In this document: piece after piece, positions 22,888 through 27,134 of the stretch | How positions within the stretch are numbered: position 1 is the stretch's first letter | Layout of the letters: the number at the start of each line of letters is the position of its first letter | Assembly: GCA_002269645.1 (NCBI GenBank) | Contig: NIVC01005067.1 | Location: 1-27,134, forward strand | Length of the DNA: 27,134 bases | Direction of reading: 5' to 3' | From: Macrostomum lignano | Lineage: Eukaryota | The notes under the pieces: model-generated | Told to the model about the DNA's origin: nothing | Databases searched by the model: none | The model's input: only the letters and a program-made list of their open reading frames with translations | Position numbers and translations under genes: made by a program

Positions 22888-24525
22888 TCATCGCAAGGGC
22901 CAGGAAACTGTCTGGAGTGACTCAGGGCCAGGTGGCCTGAGCAATACGCTCGGCAGGTCCGGGACCCGGCCGGCCATAATGCGGGCGACGCGGCCGGCCA
23001 TCGCTATGAGCACAGCTGGGTGCGCGGGATGCCGTATATCGGGGGCGGCGATGTCGGCTCCGTGGTCCATCGCTGCCTGCCGCTCAATGTCGTCGAGGGC
23101 TCTCATCTCATCCCATATGGGTTCGTTGAAGGCGGGCCACTCTCCGGTCTGGCTCGCCGCTACGAAGCATCCGGCGAGGTGTTCAGCAACTGCCCGCGCC
23201 AAGGCAACGGGCTCGTTGTTCTGAGCCAGCGGGGGTTGGGCGTCGCACGGGGTGGCCACCTGGACAAAAGCGTCAACTGAGGCAGGGCCCTCGATCTGGG
23301 TGGCGGCATCGGCGCGGAGGGGCTCGGCAGGGGAGCTGGGCGGGGCCTGTAGAAAGGCGCGGCGGAGTTCCTCGGCGAGATCACTCCAGCTGTAGGTGGT
23401 CTCGTTTGCGTCGCTGAACTCAGCGTCCGAGGTTTGAGTAGCTGTCGCAACGCGTTCCGGTGGCTCCTCCCGCGGTCGGCCAGCGGCGGGCTCCAGCGTC
23501 TCCGGGGTGGAGGAACCGGCCATTGGGTCGTAGGCACTGAACGTAGCCGCAAAGGCGCTGAAGCTGGGCGGACCTTGCCGCAGGCACGGGGGCGCGGCAG
23601 CGGATGGTCCCGCCGAGTTCATCGGGTCTGCAGGCCGTAGCTGATATTGTTGCCTGAGGGCCTCTAGCCCCAGGCTGGCCTGCGGGTCGTCGGGACTCCG
23701 GCTGTTGCTCGGCGAGGGCCGCAGGCGGCGGACGCGGATCGGAGAGTCCACCCGTGAGGTCAATGATCTCCGACTGAGTCCTTCCTTGGTGACGACGCCG
23801 TCCGCGTCCCCTGCGGCGTCGCGCTTGGGGGGGTTCCTCGGCGGAGGCACTGGGTCATTCTGCTGTCGGTCCGGCGGCGGCGAGCGTCGGTTGGGCGGCT
23901 GGGAGATGGACCGGCTGCGCGGCCGCTGACCTAGACGCAGCCTCGGGTGCACCCGTTGAAGCAGGGGTGGCCGGGACGTGTCCTCCCATTGGCCGGCGGC
24001 CGCTTCGATGGCGGGGCCAGCATTGGCGGGGCAAAAGGCCTGGCTTCTTTGAGCCGCCGCTCGCTCATCAGAGTTTGACCGGTCGGTTCGCTTCTCAGGG
24101 CGAGAAGAGTGCATTTCTGCGCTGAAATGAGTTAAATTTTGTGCGCGCATGCGGGCGGTGCGACTAGCGTACGTTTGCGGCCTAGTGTCGCTAATAAGAA
24201 GCCTCTCTGGAGGCCTACGGTCCCTAGCTTGTCTACCTAAACCTACAGGCTCTACAAGCGCTTCCACCGGAGTGGTGCATGGCGATGGTACACGAGACTG
24301 TACCGCAGCAAGAGGTTCAGGGGGAGTGGAGACATGGACGGGTGAAATAGAAGCAGCAGGCACAGATGCATTTGAAACAGGCTCACGCAAGTGGCATTCA
24401 CCATACGGCACTGGCTCACGCCGAAGTGCACTTGCCTGATTCGCTGGTGTCGTGATCGGTCCACCTCCTGGCTGCACCTCCGGGATCGCCAGAGGCCGGA
24501 AGTACCACCAGAGAGCCGGCCTCAC
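22888..24525 (-). CDS. 545-aa Pro/Ala/Arg-rich ORF downstream of integrase (integrase tail plus unknown accessory region)
   Basis: Open frame overlapping the integrase stop (ATGA); contains RQARDRRPPERL typical of Gypsy integrase tails; last ~170 aa more helical; no obvious signal peptide or TM segment. Confidence 0.55.
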   Translation of the reverse strand: MRPALWWYFRPLAIPEVQPGGGPITTPANQASALRREPVPYGECHLREPVSNASVPAASISPVHVSTPPEPLAAVQSRVPSPCTTPVEALVEPVGLGRQARDRRPPERLLISDTRPQTYASRTARMRAQNLTHFSAEMHSSRPEKRTDRSNSDERAAAQRSQAFCPANAGPAIEAAAGQWEDTSRPPLLQRVHPRLRLGQRPRSRSISQPPNRRSPPPDRQQNDPVPPPRNPPKRDAAGDADGVVTKEGLSRRSLTSRVDSPIRVRRLRPSPSNSRSPDDPQASLGLEALRQQYQLRPADPMNSAGPSAAAPPCLRQGPPSFSAFAATFSAYDPMAGSSTPETLEPAAGRPREEPPERVATATQTSDAEFSDANETTYSWSDLAEELRRAFLQAPPSSPAEPLRADAATQIEGPASVDAFVQVATPCDAQPPLAQNNEPVALARAVAEHLAGCFVAASQTGEWPAFNEPIWDEMRALDDIERQAAMDHGADIAAPDIRHPAHPAVLIAMAGRVARIMAGRVPDLPSVLLRPPGPESLQTVSWPLR

Positions 24526-26149
24526 GTCGTCATCCTCGTCGTCCTCAGGATCTTCGAGCTCATCCTCGGGACCGGTGGCAGGGTCGCGGGTCCTGCACCG
24601 TCGGGATCATCGGGCTGTCGCCTGCGCTTCTTCGCCTTCTCGACTTCGGGATCTGAAATCATCGCGTAGTCAGCGTCAGGAACGTGGAGCAAGTTGCGGC
24701 GATGAACAACAAGTTCATCCCGTCTAGCTCGCGGATTGGGCAGTCTACGGCGAATCGTGTAGACCACCTCGCCTTTGGGTTCTATGACTTCGTAGAGTGC
24801 TTTGCGGGGTCGATTAAATTTTGCCGCCTCGTCCGGTTCGAGCACCGGGTTGTTGAGGAAAACCAAATCACCGGGCTTGAGCTTCTTGGCCTTCGGCAGG
24901 TTGGAGTAGTGCTCGTCTCGCAGTTGCTGATGGAGATGCAGACGATTCTTGGCTAGCTCGGTGGCATCGTCAAGACGGCGTTGGAAGTCCTTGACATAGT
25001 CGGGCAAGTCGGCATACTCGGGCAGCTTCTTCAGCGCCTTGTCGATCGGCAGTCGGAAGTCACTGCCAAACACCAGGTAGTGGGGCGTGAATCCTGTCAC
25101 CGGGTGTACACTAAAGCGGAGAGCCATCAGGCAGGCTGGAAGGAAGGTGTCCCAGTCATTGTGGTTTCGCTCGAGGAGACAGGTGAGAACGCTCTTCAGC
25201 TGCTTGTTGAGGTTCTCGACTTGACCATTGGAAACTGGGTTGTACGGTGTTGTACTCGTAGTATGTCGAATGCCAAACAGGTTGCAGAACTTCTTGAAGG
25301 CGGAGCCGGTGAAGTTGGTGCCTTGGTCCGTGTGGATCCAGCAGGGTACACCGAAATCCGGGATGAGGCGCTCCTGGAGGATCTTGATGATGGTCTTGGC
25401 TTTCTGGTTCCTCATCGGGTAGGCGAACGGGTACTTCGACGTTGCATCGCACAAGGTCAATATGTAGCGGTTCCCGCTCTTGCTCTTCTGGGCAATAGGG
25501 CCTACTACGTCGCAATGTACTCTTCCTAGTACTTCGCAAACTGGGAAGCCTTGAACTGGAACTTTGTCTCGCCTTCGCGATTTGCTTTCGAGACGGGCAC
25601 GGCATCTGCTGATAAAATTCTCGGTGACACGGGCTAATCCGGGCCGCTCGCGCAGTCGTTTCAGCGTTTTTGTCTGGCCTAGGTGACCACACAGTGGCGA
25701 ACTGTGGAGCTCCTGGAGCACCTGGGCATCAAGGGCTTCGGGCAGGAAAACCTTCGGGGACTGCTGACCGTCAGGTCGATCATCAACAGGTTGTCCTCCA
25801 CTCGCAAACTCTCAAAATAACCGAGCAGGTTCCGCTGCTCCTTCGACAGGCGCAACCAGGCGTCGAACTCAGGCTTCGGGGCTTTGTTCTCGACCAAGTT
25901 GAGCACATAACTGATAGCTCGGTCGGCGCGCTGCGCGTCGACAAACTGTTGCCACGTCATCGGCAACTTCAGAAAATCAGTGAGCACGGCGCGGCATGGC
26001 TGAGGGTTCATGACTCCCGCAGTCTCCGCTTCTTTGGCTCGCAGTTGATCACGCGACTCCGTCTTGTCGGCGTCAGGATTAGGTCGCTCCGAGGGACTTT
26101 GTCTCACAACGTCGGCGTACGATCGCTGATCTCGTTTCGAAGTTCTCAT
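24522..26149 (-). pseudogene. Gypsy integrase with upstream linker; frameshift near 25755, damaged HHCC
   Basis: AQRAD linker, LHSSPLCGHLG..C (second Cys lost), DDE: HCDVVGP, HTDQGTNF, SNGQVENLN; GFTPHYLVFG. Confidence 0.92.
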
Positions 26150-26209
26150 CGTCGCTCTCTTGACAGTGAAATACTTATTGTTTTTCTTGGGGTGGCCTGG
26201 TAGGTCTTT

Positions 26210-26229
26210 GAATCCCACCGCTGCCACCA
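26210..26229 (-). other. Second tRNA-Leu PBS copy of element 2 (20 nt)
   Basis: Plus strand GAATCCCACCGCTGCCACCA, 63 bp from the first copy. Confidence 0.88.
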
Positions 26230-26272
26230 GTGAAATAGTATGGGTTTTCTCGGGGTGGCCTGGTAGGTCTTT

Positions 26273-26292
26273 GAATCCCACCGCTGCCACCA
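26273..26292 (-). other. tRNA-Leu PBS of element 2 (20 nt)
   Basis: Sense TGGTGGCAGCGGTGGGATTC, 1 nt after LTR end GCTTCA. Confidence 0.9.
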
Positions 26293-26293
26293 A

Positions 26294-27134
26294 TGAAGCG
26301 GAATTGTGTTTTCTTCCCGGTTTAGGCGCCTAAGATTACCTTAAGACTCGAGCCTCTTCAGTGGGAAATTCTCTCAACTCTCAGTAGCGTAGGTAGTGCT
26401 GCCACCAGTTCCTTCAGGTCTCGGCCTTCGATGAGGTGAGCTTCCCGTCGGAACGAAATAAACAAGTCAACGAACTCAGCACAGCGTGCAGATTTGCAGA
26501 TTAATGAACAAGGCGTCCTGATCAGCAGATCCCCGCCGGGCTCAGGGGTGGCTGGGAAGGCAGTGTTAGCCTCCCTTAGGCTTGGGCTTTAGTGGGGTCT
26601 CAGTCAGACCAGTACAAACGGATTCAGTACGCAAAGGGCACTTAGTTAGACACTGACGCACACGGGATCTTAGTGAATTCTCCGCAGATAAGAAGCCAAT
26701 TCTTGACGGAAACAAGGGGAGAGGGTCCTATTTATAACCGGGAAACACCCACGCACAAGACCTCGTGACCTCGTTCTATTTTTAGAACTGACGTCACTTG
26801 AGAGTCTCGGGCAGGGTACAAGCGTGCGGAAGACCTCGTGACTCGTTCTATTTTTAGAACTGACGTCACTTGAGGGTCTCCCGGCAGAGTGCACATGGCT
26901 GTGACTCAGTTGTTTTTTAGCAACATGAGTCACTCCTCTCCTTAGAGAAGGGAAGGGGCCGAAAGCATGTGACTCTCCCGGTAAATAGGGCCAACAAGTG
27001 CAGTAAACATGTTTACTGCACTTTAGGACTTAAAGAACAGAGGATCTGTCATGTGACTCGCTCACATGATAGGGGAAACAATGACCGAGCGAAACAGAGA
27101 CAGTCCACAGCAGAGAAGCTGAGGCTGAGAAACA
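26294..27134 (-). repeat. 5' LTR of element 2 (runs off right edge)
   Basis: Ends CTTCA next to the PBS; TATAAATA 26729-26736; the expected start TGAAGTGAGCAC is not within the window. Confidence 0.8.
26758..26880. promoter_or_regulatory. Duplicated U3 enhancer-like block (~50 bp x2, 73-bp period) with MEF2 and CRE motifs
   Basis: AGACCTCGTGAC(C)TCGTTCTATTTTTAGAACTGACGTCACTTGAG at 26758 and 26831; AP-1 sites at 26902 and 26926. Confidence 0.75.

Larger units (their letters stand above)
22298..27134 (-). mobile_element. Ty3/Gypsy element 2, internally deleted (LTR-PBSx2-integrase-extra ORF-PPT-LTR stub)
   Basis: 5' LTR ends ..GCTTCA at 26294, 3' LTR stub starts TGAAG at 22317 directly after the PPT; DDE integrase present; no gag, PR or RT between PBS and integrase. 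Confidence 0.88.

Overview
This is a eukaryotic (metazoan, probably invertebrate) window made almost entirely of nested mobile DNA, and no host gene can be supported. Left to right: (1) the 5' half of a decayed Ty3/Gypsy LTR retrotransposon on the minus strand (LTR 3095-3941, tRNA-Leu PBS, gag-PR-RT running off the left edge); (2) a 152-bp palindrome, short tandem repeats and a complete but dead 1299-bp mariner; (3) AT-rich spacer; (4) a decayed Polinton/Maverick (adintovirus-like) endogenous DNA virus at about 8.6-21.6 kb, with a protein-primed PolB carrying an HNH/EndoVII insertion, an adenain-like protease, an A32-type packaging ATPase and small putative virion genes. Its pPolB is split by a solo LTR (4-bp TSD), which is itself split by a 5'-truncated APE-RT-RNaseH LINE with an intact 1272-aa ORF2 (9-bp TSD); (5) a truncated third LTR inserted 20 bp into the 3' LTR of (6) a second Gypsy element that lacks gag/PR/RT but keeps integrase plus a downstream ORF. 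The most unusual signals are a repeated, hairpin-forming tRNA-Leu primer-binding cassette shared by both Gypsy elements, an identical MEF2-type 13-mer in three unrelated LTRs, and the pPolB domain layout. All assignments are by-eye motif recognition; no database searches were run.
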